A stretch of 64,000 nt of DNA from Hemiscyllium ocellatum (lineage: Eukaryota). The notes beneath the pieces were generated by a model. It worked only from the letters and a program-made list of their open reading frames with translations, was not told the origin of the DNA and ran no database searches. This document shows positions 36,501 to 51,500 of the stretch, piece by piece. The first letter of the stretch is position 1. The number at the start of each line of letters is the position of its first letter. The stretch covers positions 70,733,857 to 70,797,856 of the forward strand of contig NC_083407.1 in the NCBI RefSeq assembly GCF_020745735.1. Direction: 5' to 3'. The position numbers and the translations under genes were made by a program.

Positions 36501-39500
36501 GCTTGAAGCTTCTTTTTAAGTGCTGGATATATGACAGCGTAAGAAAGAAAAATAACAAATGAATGTTTTTTTTTAATTTGAGCGATCCAGTTAATTCTCA
36601 CAATCACAGAATTATGATTTATTTTGTTTAACAAGACACTTGCCAGACCTCAGCTGGAGTATTGTGTCCAGTTGTGATTATCATGTTATGATGTGAATGC
36701 ATTGCAAAGATTACAGAAGTAATTTATTAGAATGGTTCCAGAAGTGAGAAACTTCAATTATGAGGGATAGACTGAAGAAGTTGGACTGTAATCCTTGGAG
36801 AGTAGAAGATGCAGAGGAGATTTGATGGACTGTTTCAAATCATAAGAGTACTAGTTACGTAGGAAGAGGCTGCTCCCACTCATAAAAGATAAAAGCACAA
36901 GAAGGTACAGGTTTAAAATGATGTACAAAAAAAAGGCAAAGATGATGTGAGAAAAAAAAACTCTTCCATAAAGTGATTGGTTAGAGTATGAAATGGACTG
37001 CCTGGAAATGTGATGGAGGCAGGTTAAATGAGGCATTCAAGTGGTCATTGAATGCTTATTTAGATGGAGATGGTGTGCAGAGATACAGGGAAAAGAGGCA
37101 ACAGACCCAGTGAGGCACAATGGACCAAATGGCCTCCTTCTGCACCATAATACCTCTATGATTTCAACCATTTCAAACTTGTGCATAAAATAGCATTGAC
37201 ATGTGTTTACATCATTTTACAGTAAAAGTTTTAAAACATGCGTTACAGATAATTTACACTATTCACTTAGATATAAGCTTGCTATCTATTTTTATAAACA
37301 GCTACATTGATTTTTACTGCAAACAAATATTGGACAAGACTCTATTTAAGTTTGTTTATTCAGAGCAGCATTTAATTTCTTCATACCTGAAACTGTCAGA
37401 TTTGCCTTTGATGTCTTTTCACCAGCGGTAAATGTATACTCTCCTTCTTCATCTTTCATTATGTTCAGTACAGTCAATCTGTAAATTTTGCCCTTGGTCT
37501 CTATCTTGTATTTGGGGCCTGCTTTGAGCTCTTGCTTCCCAAATACCCAGCCTACATCAATTCCACTATGAGACAACTCTGCTTCAAAAGTAATACTCTG
37601 TGTCTCTGTGCATGTCACATCTTTAAGTCCTCTAATAATTTGAATTCCTGTAAGGCAAGGCATAAACCCAAGCTTCAGAAAACAAAACATCCAATAAACA
37701 AAATACAATTTCTTAAATCAGTTCATAGTATTTGGTCACGTACGTTCAATCGATAGATTGCAGCTTGTTTCAGTTTTACCAATGACAAGTTTATAGCAAC
37801 CTTCATCTGAGGCAAATGTCTTGCTGATTACCAAACGCTGTTTAGCTCCCTTTGCAACAGCCTGTATCCTGTCACCAAGTTGAACTGGTTGATCATTTAA
37901 GTACCATTTCACAGAAGTGATATGTGCAACTGAGACTTTGCACTCTAAAACTGCCTTTGTTCCCTCAATAACTGTAACGTCTTTAAGAGGGATCACAATA
38001 TCAATAGCTGGAAAATAAAAAAAACATGGTTGTCAGTTGGAAGTCTCTGAATAGGTTAGATGATGCCTATAACAGCACGAAACTCTATAAAATTGAAATG
38101 TTAGAAATTAAAATATTTACACCTACATTGTACAATTAAACGTCCAGAAGTTACGAGATCGAAATCAATGGCACGGAATGAATATCTGCCAGCATCTTTT
38201 TTAGTTGCATCTTCAATCAGCAACATATGTGATGTTTTGTCTATAACAATGTGAACACGTTCATTCGCCTCGATTTCTTGACCATCCTTCATCCAGACAC
38301 CTTCAACATTTTCCTGAGAAAATTTTACTTCAAGCTGGGCAATATCTCCTTCACAAACGGTCTGGTCTTCAAGATCCTGAAGGATTGTCACAGCACGTGC
38401 TACAAAAAAGCAAGGATAACCATGGTCAATAAACCCCTTAGAACATCTTTAAATCTGTTAAATGCAGACACTGATTGCATTGACTCAAATGCTTTGTTAA
38501 AAGTATTAATTAGAAAACAGAAGGCGAGTTAATCAATGTTGTTTTTCATTAAAAAAATTAACTTACGTTTCATCTTCAGATTACAACTTGTCTTTTTCCC
38601 TTCAATAACAAAACTGTATCTGCCCTGATCTTCCCTGATAACATCCTTGACTGTTAGAGTGTGCCGGCCACGACGAGAAGAAATATAGTATTTGCCACTG
38701 GGTTGGATCTCTACATCTCCTTTGTACCAGTTTCCCTCAGCATCTTCACTCGAAACAAAACATTCTAATTCACCTGAGAATAATTCTGGTACTTCTATAT
38801 CCGTAAGCTCTTTGATGAATTCAATAAGAGTACCTATACAGACATTGGAAAAAAGTTACAATTTAAATGACCACATCTTGACTATTTCATATCTTGATTT
38901 ACATAATCCAATTAAGAAGTAAATTCATCAATCCTGTGCCTCAAATGAAAGCATGCTTGAAGAAACAAGGGCTAGAGATAGAGCTACACCCTCATGGTAT
39001 AAATTATTCAACCCATTTGCATTTCAAATAGATTCTCTGCATGAATGCTGCATCAGTCTGCTTATCTATAAGTCAACGATATTATGCACTTAAATAGTAT
39101 CATTAAAGTAGCTAAATGTCATAGGGTACTTTATAGGGGGATTAGCAGGAAAAAAATGCGACACAAATCACATAAGACAATACTTGGAGAGATGAACAAC
39201 ACTTTAAGGAGCATTTTAAAGGTGATTACAAAGTTAGGCTAATTTAGGGGGAAAATGTTAAGATTTAGATTCTGGCAGCTGAAAACAGGGATACCAATGG
39301 AGGAATAAAGGAAATCAGAGTTGCACAAGTCGCTAGACTTGGAGTAATATCGAGCCCTTGGAGGGTTTAGAGATGGAGGATGTTAGAGAGATTGAAAGGT
39401 TGAGGACATGAAAAGATTTGAGAACCACTATGAAATGTTAAAATCAGAAGTGTTGCTTGACAAGAATAACAGGAGAATTAAACTTTCTGCAAGGATACGG

Positions 39501-42500
39501 GCAACAGAGTTTTGAATATGCTAAATTTTACACTGATTGGATGTAAGTGACTCCATGGGGAGTATTTATCTGAGTCTTAATATGTGCTTTAGCAGGATGT
39601 GGATGGAGATGAGAATGAAGAAGAGTGCAATTTATAAAACTGGAAGCAGGTGGCCTTGATGATGGAAAATGATGTGGAATCAGAACTAGGGTCATGGTTA
39701 AGTAGAATGTTGAAATGATGATTGTCTGATTCAGGCTCAGACAACGATCTGGGAGGGATGGAATTGGATGCTGGGGAATGAAGATTTTGGAATTGGAGAA
39801 AATTTCTGCTGTGCTAAGACTGGTCATGGGGCAATCAGTGTGACCAATCACATGCAACAGAGTGGCAAAGAGACTTAGTGTTTAGGAGTAACTGGGTATC
39901 ATCATTCTGAACATGAAACTTGGCATTGCATTTCATTCTTTTTCAACACTCATGTAGGAAAGGTTGAACAGGTTGAGCTGAGATTCATTGATTTAATAGA
40001 ATGAGAGGTGATATTACTGAAACGCATAAGAATCTGAGGGATCTTGACAAGGTAGATGCTGTTTCTTCTGATAAGGAAATTTAGAACAAGGGCAGAGTTT
40101 ATAAATATGGCACCTCTCATTTAAAACAGATAAGGAAGAATTTATTTTCTAAGAGTTACTCGTTTTCAAAGCTGTGGAGGTGGGGTCATCAAGCCTATTT
40201 AAGATTGCATTAGACAGAGTTTTGACCAATAAAGGAGTTAAGAGACACGGGGATAGACAGGAGAATGGAGTTAAGGCCACAATTAGGTTTATTGAATGGG
40301 GATAAATGAAATCTCAAAGGGTTGAATGACCTCCTCCTGCTTCATTTTCTTATAATCTATGAATATCAATGCTTTCATGTGTAGCAGGCAAAAGAAAAAT
40401 GTTCTTGTTATTGTCGGATAATCTTTTACTATGTGATAAATTATTTTGAAAGTAGATCTAAAAATATAATGTTAATATCGTTAATGTGCATTACGTATCG
40501 AATATCCATTATTTCTTGCTTGGTAACATAATCGATAGATGTTATGGAGAGAGGAGCAGCAAAATTCATCATAACTTGGCAGGAACAATCTTTGTACAAA
40601 ATCAGGATCTCTAATTTCAATTACAGTTTGCATCTGTCTATTGTGATACAGTCATTTCGTTATTGCTTTGCTGCTCAAGAACTTTTCTTACCTTCAACAA
40701 TAAGCTTAGCTGTTGATCTTATAGAAGGATCGTCAACAAGAGCACAAGTGTATTCTGCAGCATCATCCATACTAATTGTCAATACAGACATAAAGTGAAC
40801 TTTTCGGTCAGAATGCATTCGGTATTTGTCACCAGAGAAAATCTGCACATCGTTCTTAAACCATTCTACTTTTATAAATGGTTCTGACAGTTCACATTCA
40901 AAAGTTGCCATGGTGTCTTTCTCTTTTGCCCTGACATCATGCAATTCCTCAGAAAACGTAATCACTTGCTTGGCTGAAAATAAAAAAAAACACAAAACTG
41001 TAAGTACCAGATGAAAAGTTATTTTAAAAACATGCCCCAACCAATTAGTGAACAAAGTTAAATACCTTGTACAAGCAGGAAAGCATGGCTTGAGATTTCG
41101 CCAACCACATTGATAGCTTTCACCATTATGCTGGCAGAATCTTCAGGTACAACATCTCGAATTACAAGTTCGCAAACATTGTCTTCAGGCCAATACCAGT
41201 AAATTCGGTCAGATTTTTCAAGTTTCACCCCATTCTTAAACCATTGGCATTCAGGGTCTGGTTTGCCTACCACTCTAACACGGAAATGACTCTCATCTCC
41301 ACGAGCCACTGTCTGACTCTGAATACGTTCCAAAATTTTGGGGGCTTCCATACTTGGCGATAACTGAATCTTGTCTGGTTTAAAAGTTGGAATGGTGACA
41401 GTGCCTTGAGGAGGAAGTGGTTTCTTCTCCTCCTCAGGTACTTCTTTGGTCCAATGGAGAAGTTCTTCCTTTCTTTTTCTCAGCATTTCTTCATAAGCTT
41501 CATCCTTTCTACGTGATTTGAGTTCGACTGCTGTAATAGCTTCATAATAACCTTCCTCTTGTCTACGTTTAAACTTGCTACGCAGTTCTTCAGTCTCCTC
41601 TGTTTGTTTCTCATGAACAATTCTTTCAGCTTTTTTAAGTTTCACCACTTCTTTGGTTGCAGCATCTGCTGGTTTTTCTACCTTAACGACTTCAAAAAAT
41701 GGCTTGGCTGGTTCTGATGGGCCAATGTCAACTTTCTGTTCGGGGGCTCGTCGCAAAATCGACCTAAAATCTTCTCGTTCAGTTATTTCTAGTTTCACTG
41801 TATGTTCCACAACCCCTTCAGGATTTTCTGCTGTAACTTTGACATTACCTGAATCATATGATTTGCAGTCAACAATTTCTAGGTAATAAATACCATCATA
41901 CCTCAGCCTAAAGCGCTTGCTCTTACGAATAAGTTGTCCATTAAGATACCAGTTGACTTTTGGTTGAGGGTAGCCTATGACACGACACCGGTAGCGTGCT
42001 ATTTCACCTTCCATCACTCTTGCTGGTTCTGGGAACAAAACTATTTCAGGCTTTGTCTTCTCTTTTATCAGTTCTTCCGAAACACCTGTCAGTGCACCTT
42101 CATGGGCTAGTTTTTCAAGTTCTTCAATTCGCTGCATCCCTCTTCGGCCTTCAGGCAATTGAGATTCTTCAACAAGACTCTTTTCATCTTTTACGATGAG
42201 AGTTGCTGATGTCTGATCAGTACCATACTTGTTTGTAGCTCTACAGGTGATGATGCCACTATCCCGGGGATATGCTACTTCAAAGTCCAGACTGCAATAT
42301 CCAAATTCATTGATCATGCGTAGTCTGTTTGCTGCAGCAAGAGGCTTACTATCAAGTAACCACTCAACAACCATTGTTGGATCACCAATTGGTGTGAGTC
42401 TGCATTCAAAATGTGCTGGCCCAAAACATTTAAGCCTCACAGAACTGGTTTTCTTCTTGAAATGTGGTTTCTGTTGTTTTTCTTTATCATACAAATCACC

Positions 42501-45500
42501 TTCCTCCCACTGTTCCTGGCCATAACGTAAATGGAGCGGTTCTAGCTCTGGAGCTGATATCTCCTTCGCTTTATATGTTCCCTTTGGAATGATTAGCTTT
42601 CTTTCTGGTTCAGGTTCAGCAAATTCAAGTTCAACATTTACTTTACATCTTGTTGTGTCACGACCTGCTTTATTGATGGCAGTTGCAGTATACCAGGCAG
42701 CATCATAAATTGCCGCAGAAGCAATTTTAAGTGCTCCTTCCCCTTTAATACCCTCAATCCTAAAATACAAATAAGTAGAAATTATGATATAGCAAATAAT
42801 ATAAATGCATACATGCACATTGCAATTAATATTCATTAAGTTGTAATGCACTTACTTGATATGAGGATACTTGTGCTGGACAATTATATCACTATTTTTC
42901 AGCCATACAATATCAGGATTTGGGTTTCCAACAGCTTTCACTGCCATTGCAACAGGAGCACCCTCTTTAACACTGAGGTTTTTCAATTTCTCCACAAACT
43001 GTGGTCTCAACAAATGTTCTTTAGCTGTAAAGAAAATAATTAATTTTAAAACTGCTGCTCAAAAATATGAATATGCAACTACATACATAAACTCAAACTG
43101 TACTTAAAAATTGCATTTTGCCAATTTAATTGGTCAATAGGAGCACGATATTGATGTTCAATTTTCTGTTGGGTGAGGGCTACTGTATCACATTTTCGGT
43201 CCCCAACGTTACCATGCATAGCAAAAGCACAGACTGCAGCCAAAATGTTTGCTCAAAAAAGGAGAAACTCTTGTTGTCTCACTCTTGCATCTTGGGAGTT
43301 ATCAATTTTAAGTTATCAATGTCAAAACCTTGAAACCCCAGATCACTGTGCATCGTCTCCGCCTCAAAATGCAATGTAAAGACAGACAAATTTTATAAAA
43401 AGTTACAATTTCTCGATAAAATGTACAAAATAAGTTTTATAATATAATGTCAAATCTGCTATCTTGGCTTGTGACATACACTGGCTCTTGCTATATATAA
43501 GTATGGAAGTCTGAAGCTTATTGTATAATCCACTTGGAGCAAAGACAAGGAGTTGGATCACAAATCAGCTATGATCCTATTGAAAGGTGCATCAGACATA
43601 ACAGAACCTCGCTATCTTTCAAGCTCCATCTGAATAAAGGTCTGAGCAAAAAGGCATTAACTTGACATTCCCATCCCACCACTAATTCAGGCCTTGAATA
43701 GTCAGTCAATTAATGACCACTTATGGCCTATTCCCACCTTAGCTGCAAATAGTTTGGGTGGTTCCCCTGAGCTGCACTAACCTGAAGAATTGAGAGACTC
43801 AATACAGGGCAGGAGGATATTGAAAGTTACTGCTTGACCTTTCCTTCTGAAGCCAAGGATCCTGCTCCCCATGACTCGCAATTCCTGATATCTAACAACC
43901 ATCCCAAACAATAGTCATTTGATTCGTGGTCAGTCCTCCACCTGGGAGGATGGGGTAGGGGAGTTTGTACAGGCAGCTGTCAAAGCCATATCATTGGCAC
44001 TGCGGAGTATGAGAACTGCTGGCCTGTATTCAGTAAACAGCGTTTGAAAGCCAGGACATCCTTGATCAGGCTCCCATTACCATGAGAAAAGACCTTCAGT
44101 TGGGCTTTCACATCTTAACATGGCACAGGATTCTCTCTGCTAATGTCTCTGACTTTTGGGTTAAGTCTGAAAACAAAACGATTATACCTGTAGTTTCTAT
44201 GATTCTCTATATGGCCAGCTAGCTCAAATGCACATTGAGTTTTCAGGCACAGTGACACAACAGTCAGCAAGGCCATTTTAGTAAAATGTAGCTAACTTTG
44301 CAGTCATCCAGCTGTTGATTCACTTGCTCAGCACTTCATTCATGCATTACATGCTGCAAGGGAATTATATGACACTGGAAGGGAAGATCTGACAAAAGCA
44401 AACATTTTTTCAAGTTTGGGTAATCTGATACACCAGCAGAAAGACCCTCAATATGTCTTGCTCAGTATGTTGCCTTAAAAGACCCATTATAATCACATGC
44501 AATTCTCTTTCAACACTTGTTTATTCTAGTTGTTAGGCACTGGAAATCCTATTTCTATAGCTTAGTATGCTCTAAGAAATACACATGGAGCAAAGTATGA
44601 ATTGTAATGAACTAGATGTTTATATTTTGAAGCACACTCAGCTTATTCTTGGGCAGCTGCACAAAATACTGGAGCAGCATTCCTGATGCTGCTCATTATT
44701 CATCTCTATGAATATAATTCATCTCTTACAACAAACACAGAACCAATAAACAAAAGTCTTGCAGCACATTTGCCTCAAATAATTACTTTTGAATTTTTAT
44801 TAATTGACAAGACAGTCAAATATTGTGTACCTTCAACAGATAGTGTCATAGATACTGAGGTTTTGCCAGCTCTGTTTTGTGCCACAACAGTCCATTCACC
44901 AGAATCATTTGGCAGAGCAGGAACAATGATCAGGGACTGAATCCCATCTTCTTTCACTACTATTTTGTGTGTGTAATCATTTACAATCTGACGGCCTGTA
45001 ACAGAAGTGGATATTGAATTAGCTACCTCATTTCCCATATTATTTGCAGACAACAATGCAGAATATTACGACATGGCAAAACATTATTCTTACCATTGTG
45101 GAACCATAATGTCTCAGGCATGGGTCGACCAACAACTTTAAGGTCAAATCTAGCCGTCTGTCCCTCAGAACATTTAAATGATGTAGGTTTCAGAACAAAA
45201 ACGGGTTTGTACAGTCTCTCTAGTTGAGTCTCATCTGTATCCTCTAATCGACGAGCTGGTGAACGACTTGGAGACCGAGGAGACACGGAACTGCAAAAGG
45301 GGAAAAATAATTTAACATTATTTGAGATCACTAGCTAATCAATATTGACATTTTCTGAATTGTACAGAATGTAAGCACACCATATGAAATGAACACAAAG
45401 TAAATAGTGGTTAATAAATAGTACCGCATTCTCCTCATTATTTCTGTTGTCGGCAAATACACATGGCCTGTGGGAGCACCAATAGGTTCAATAAACAGCT

Positions 45501-48500
45501 TTCCAGAGCTAATAGCATTCCCCTTGGCATTGCTGGCAAACACTGTATAGATGCCTTCATCTTCTGGCAAAACTGTAGCAATACGCAGATTAGCTCTGCC
45601 ATCCTGAGAAATATCCATCTGGTAGTGCTGTCCATGTTTCAAGCGCTTACCATCTTTGAACCATACAACCTATAAGAATATAAAATGCACATCATCAAGA
45701 TGATCATTTTAAAAGATATATTCCCCAAAAGTAAAGTTTATACAGGCATTTTAAATTGTAAATACATGTCTTCATCCTTTCATTATCAACCATCATATCT
45801 TATTAGAAACAAATTTCATCTTAAATGTTCGTCATGGGAAATGTGGCTTCTGGTGAAAAGATTGTTTACCTTGGGCAATGGATAACCAGACACTTTACAA
45901 TGGAAAGTCACACCACTGCCATCAAGAGCTCTAAAACTTTTCAAAGTTGAATCAAATCCTGGTGCGATAGTTTCTTCTGCAGGAATATCCAACACCATTT
46001 CTTCACCATCCTCTTCAAGAAGTTCTTCCAAAGTAATCCTGATGATTCGCAACTCAATTTCTTTGATAAGTCGCTCTTCAAATGAAGAAATGTGGTATTC
46101 CTAAAAAAGAGAATTGCTTTCTGGTTGGTGATGAGCAATAGATTAAAATATTCGTAAACAATGCACAAAATAAGATTGGTCTCATCAACTACCTTTATAA
46201 AATGGTCACAGCACATAAACATAATTATGTAAAATTATAAAGATGATGTAAAATAACAAAGATGGAGGTGCAGAATTAACTTGATAAGGGAGTAGAGAAA
46301 CGGAGGCCTGGGGATTCAGTTGATATAATTCCTGAAATGTAAAAATCCAGGTAGAAATTTTAACATGTACAAATACAACATAATGAAAACCAAGAACTGT
46401 TCAGATAATACACGTTGCTGAACAGAGTACGAGAACAACAAAATCATTAATTGATACAAAAAAAATCTATTAGACCACAGTTACAGAGCTGTCTGCAGTA
46501 TTTGGAGTGTTATTATGGGAAGTCTTAAAGAATGTTTAGCTTATATAATCACCAGTAAGAGTCCAAGAACTGGAAACCATATAAATGAATGGAGACTTAA
46601 GATAATGAGAACAATCCAACTGAAGGAGGGAAAGCGAAGAGAACGTTTAAGGAATTTTTTAAACGTGTTCATGCAGGAAATAGCATAACACAATTTGCTC
46701 TTCCAAGGTGTGCTCTAGCAATTTTTGGAACTTTCACCTCTGAATGCATTGCCCTTTTCCCACAATCAATGCTTCCATAAAAATTCTTCTACTCACATTC
46801 ATGGTCATTTTCTAAACATAATTATAACCCATAGCTTTTAAATTGGCAATGTCTCAATCATTTCCAACTACTCATCTGCTTCTCACCATCATCATCTTCC
46901 TCCATTATAAATCTATTTATTAATCGAGGGAAAAGGACACCATCCACAAGTCCATTTTCAAACACCCAACCCCTGAGTGGATGAAATATTATAGTTGAAC
47001 TTCTAAAGAAGGCCTGCTGGTCATGATCTTTATTAATGAGCAAGGTTTTGGTGTACAGTGCACAATGACAAAGTATTGGATTGTGAAGAATGAGGAGGAC
47101 AGTGTGGAAGTTCAAAATGTTACAGAACAGTTGATGGAATGACAAGTCATAGAGTCATAGAGATGTACAGCATGGAAACAGACCCTTCAGTCCAACCTGT
47201 TCATGCCGACCAGATTTCCCATCCCAATCTAGTCCCACTGCCAGCATCCCTCCAAACCCTTCCTACTCATATACCCATCCAAATGCCTCTTAGATGTTGC
47301 AATTGTACCAGCCTCCACCACATCCTCTGGCAGCTCATTCCATACACGTACCACCCTCTGCGTGAAAAAGTTGCCCCTTAGGTCTCTTTTATATCTTTCC
47401 CCTCTCACCCTAAACCTATGCCCTCTAGTTCTGGACTCCCCGACCCCAGGGAAAAGATTTTGCCTATTTATCCTATCCATGCCCCTCTATAAGGTCACCC
47501 CTCGGCCTCCGACTCTCCAGGGAAAACAGCCCCAGCCTGTTCAGCCTCTCCCTATAGCTCAAACCCTCCAACCCTGGCAACATCCTTGTAAATCGTTTCT
47601 GAACCCTTTCAAAATTCACAACATCTTTCCGATAGGAAGGAGACCACAATTACATGCAATATTCCAACAGTGGCCTAACCAATGTCTTGTACAGTTGCAA
47701 CATGACCTCCCAATTCCTGTACTCAATACTCTGACCAATAAAGGAAAGCATACCAAGCCTTCTTCACTATCCTACCTACCTGCTACTCCATTTTCAAGGA
47801 GCAATGAACCTGCACTCCAAGGTCTCTTTGTTCAGCAACACTCCCTAGGGCCTTACCATTAAGTGTATAAGTCCTGCTAAGATTTGCTTTCCCAAAATGC
47901 AGCACCTCGCATTTATCTGAATTAAACTCCATCTGCCACTTCTCAGCCCATTGGCCCATCTGGTCCAGATCCTGTTGTAATCTGAGGTAACCCTCTTCAC
48001 TGTCCACTACACCTCCAATTTTGAAAACTTACTAACTGTACCTCTTATGCTCACATCCAAATCATTCATGTAAATGACAAAAAGTAGACGATCCAGCACC
48101 GATCGTTGTGGTACTCCACTGGTCACAGGCCTCCAGTCTGAAAAACAACCCTTCACCACCACCCTCTGTCTTCTACTTTTGAGACAGTTCTGTATCCAAA
48201 TGGCTAGTTCTCCCTGTATTCCATGAAATCGAACCTTGCTAATCAGTCTCCCATGGGGAACCTTGTCGAACGCTTTACTGAAGTCCATATAGATCACATC
48301 TACTGCTCTGCCTTCATCAATCTTCTTTGTTACTAATATTTAATAAATTAAAGATGAAGTTCAGTTTAATGCAGAAAACTAATTGATCTTTGGATGAAAA
48401 ATGTGAGGATGAATATAAAAGGTATAATTCTCAAGGCAGTGCTAGATTAGAGGAAAAGGGGATATATGTACACAATCACAGGAGATGGCAGGGGAGGCTG

Positions 48501-51500
48501 CGAGTGAAATTTAGGCCTTGAGTTTTATAAATAGAAACAGTGTTGAAAAGTAAACAAGTTATGATGAATCTGGATAAAACTGGATAAATAAATACTGGGC
48601 CTGTTCTCAGGAACACATTTTAGGAAGGAGGTGACAGCATTCAAGAGCATGCAGAAAAGGTTCACAATGGCTCTAGGGATAAGGAAATCAATTATATACA
48701 TAGATTGGAAAATTTGAGGTCTTCTCTTTTAAGAGAAGGTAGAGAGAATATTTGATAAGGATATTCAAAATCATGGTGGGTAGAGCCGATACGGAGAAAC
48801 TGCTCTGCAAGGTAGAGGGATAATTGGCCATTCAGCCCATCAAGTGTGCCTCAGCATTCAATTAAGTCATGTTGATCTGAAAGTCCTCAGGCTCGTTTTC
48901 CTGTATTTTTCCCATAACTGTTGAATCCCTTGCTGATTAAAAATCTGTCTTTCACTGTTTTGGATATAATTAACAGATAGCCTCAACAGCCCTCTGCAGT
49001 AAGGAATTGCACAAATTCACTACTCTCCAAAAAGAAATTCCTGCTTATTTCTGCCTTTGAGTGGAAACCTTATTCTGAGATTATGGCCTCTAAGCCTAGA
49101 CTCCCTTCAGTTGGTAGCATGACTCAGCATAGGAAAACCACAGAGGAGGGTGGAAGAGTGGCTCAGTGGTTAGCAATGCTGCCTCACAGCTTCAGGGATC
49201 TGGACTCAATTCCTCCCTCAAGTGACTGTGTGTGTGGAGTTTGCACATTCTCCCTATGACTGCATTAGCTTCTTCCGGGTGCTCTGGTTTCCTCCCAAAG
49301 GTGTGCAGGTTAGGTGGATTGGCCATGCTAAATTGCTCATAGTGTCCAGGGATGTGCAGGCTAGGTTGGTTAGCCATGGGAAATGCAGGGATGGGGTGAG
49401 TCCAGGTGGGACCATTTCAGAGGGTTGGTGTGAACTCAATGGGCTGAATGGCCTGCTTCCATACTGTGGGAATTCTATGAATACTGATGTAAGATGATTA
49501 GCCAAAAAAGGCAATAGAGACATTAGGAAATATGTTTTTTTTTAAACAGGAAGTAGTTTGGATCTGAAGTGTGTGACTTTAAAATGGTAACTCAATTATG
49601 ACTGCTCACCTGATTCAATTATCGCTCACTTTTTAATTCCACCTCACCTGAACACTCCACATAATTTTGACAATTTAATTTCCACAGCTGTAACACCATT
49701 AGCGTAGCTTTTCAAAAGTATAAAATCAATTTATGAAAGAGCTCCCAAACTGATGCATATATCAGGCTGCTTTATAATCACGCACTATTCTCTTCTGGTT
49801 GAGGTACATATTTAGAAAATAACTAAACGTATGTTTGTTCTATACACTCAACCAGACACAATCCCCATTCATGAAAACTGTAAAAGTGTAAGTGATACCC
49901 AGTTTTTAAAAAATTGTTGATAACTGCATAAATATTAAATTATACCATCTCTTCATCCATTGAACCATTTATCCGTACACCCCAATTGAAGAAGAATGCA
50001 AAAGCTTTTGAGAGATTACAGATTACATTTATGAGAACAGTTTCAGCCACGAAGGATTTCAGTTATTACAAAGATAATTTAGAGAAGCCGGTGTAGTTCT
50101 CCTTAGAGAATGTTGGGAGGAGTCTTGATTGAAGTATTCAAATATATGAAAGATCTAGCTGGAACAGATAGAGGGAAACTATTATCTGTGGCATAAGTGT
50201 CAAGTTCCAACCATCATAGATTTAGGTCACCGGCAAAGAAACCAGAAGTAATAGAAATAAAGGTGACCCATCATATGGTCAGGACCGGGAATACATTGTC
50301 TGTAAGGGTGATGAGGCAGATTCAATAGTGATTTTCACATGGAATTTAGGAAACACCTAAAGAAGTTTTAAAAAGTATAGGGTTCTGGGGCAAAGGCTGA
50401 GGTGTGAGACAGGCTGAATTATTCTTGCTGAGGATGATGTGAACTTGATCGGCCAAATACTTTCTTTCTATAGATAGATTCTATGATTCCATGAGGATAC
50501 TCCTGAGTACATTCCTCTTGGAACTAATATCATTTTATTTGGCCTGATATTATATTTGGTTCTATAATGTACCAGTGAAGTATATTTTGCTACATTAAAG
50601 ACACTTTGTAAACGTCAGTTGTCATCGTATTAGTCCATTCATTGTGCACATCAGCAAAGTTGAAAAAATTGAGGTAGAACATTGGTTGCTAAGACGAATT
50701 TATCCAAAGTTAAACAATAATAACGTAAGCTGTGTTCTCCTGTCATTTGAGAATGACTTAATTTAACCACAGCAATGAGGAAACAAGTCACCACTCAGCA
50801 TTACAAATCAAATGTGATAACTTCACGCTGCAGTTCTAAATGTAAACTATTTCTAAGATGGATCTCACCTGTTCTTCTGTCATGGTTTTCATCATGGCTG
50901 CACTTTTGCCCATTTTCTTCCTGATCAGTGCTTGCTCTTTTTCGTATTCGGTCATGAAAATTGTTGGTGCTACTTCTGCAACTTTGGGCTCTTGAACATA
51001 CTCTGTTACTAATTCTACCCGCTCAGTTATCTCCTCATGTTCCTTCATGTAAAGCTCGTAATCAGCTAAAAGTAAATTGCATAAGAATTAGAACAACATG
51101 GAAGTTATAAAAGCTCAAGCCATCAAATGGCAAATGAATACAGAGGTAAAAATGGTATGCTAATTATTTTCACAGTCGGTGGGATACAAACATTAAATAC
51201 AAACTGAAGAAGCCGGAAAACTGAGTAGGTCTGGCAACATCTGTGGAGAAACAGGAATAACCTTTGAGCCCAATATGACTTCTTCAGAATATTCTGATGA
51301 AGAGTCATTTCAGACTCAAAATATTAACTCTGTTTCTCCTTCCAGATGGTGCCAGACCTGCTGATTTTCTTCAGCATTCTTATATTTTTATTGAATATTT
51401 CCAACATCCGCAGTATTTTGCTTTTATTTGGGACATAAACAGGGGGTGCCCTGAAATCAGTATCAATATTGTCTGGCATGCTAGCAAATGTGGGTAAGGG

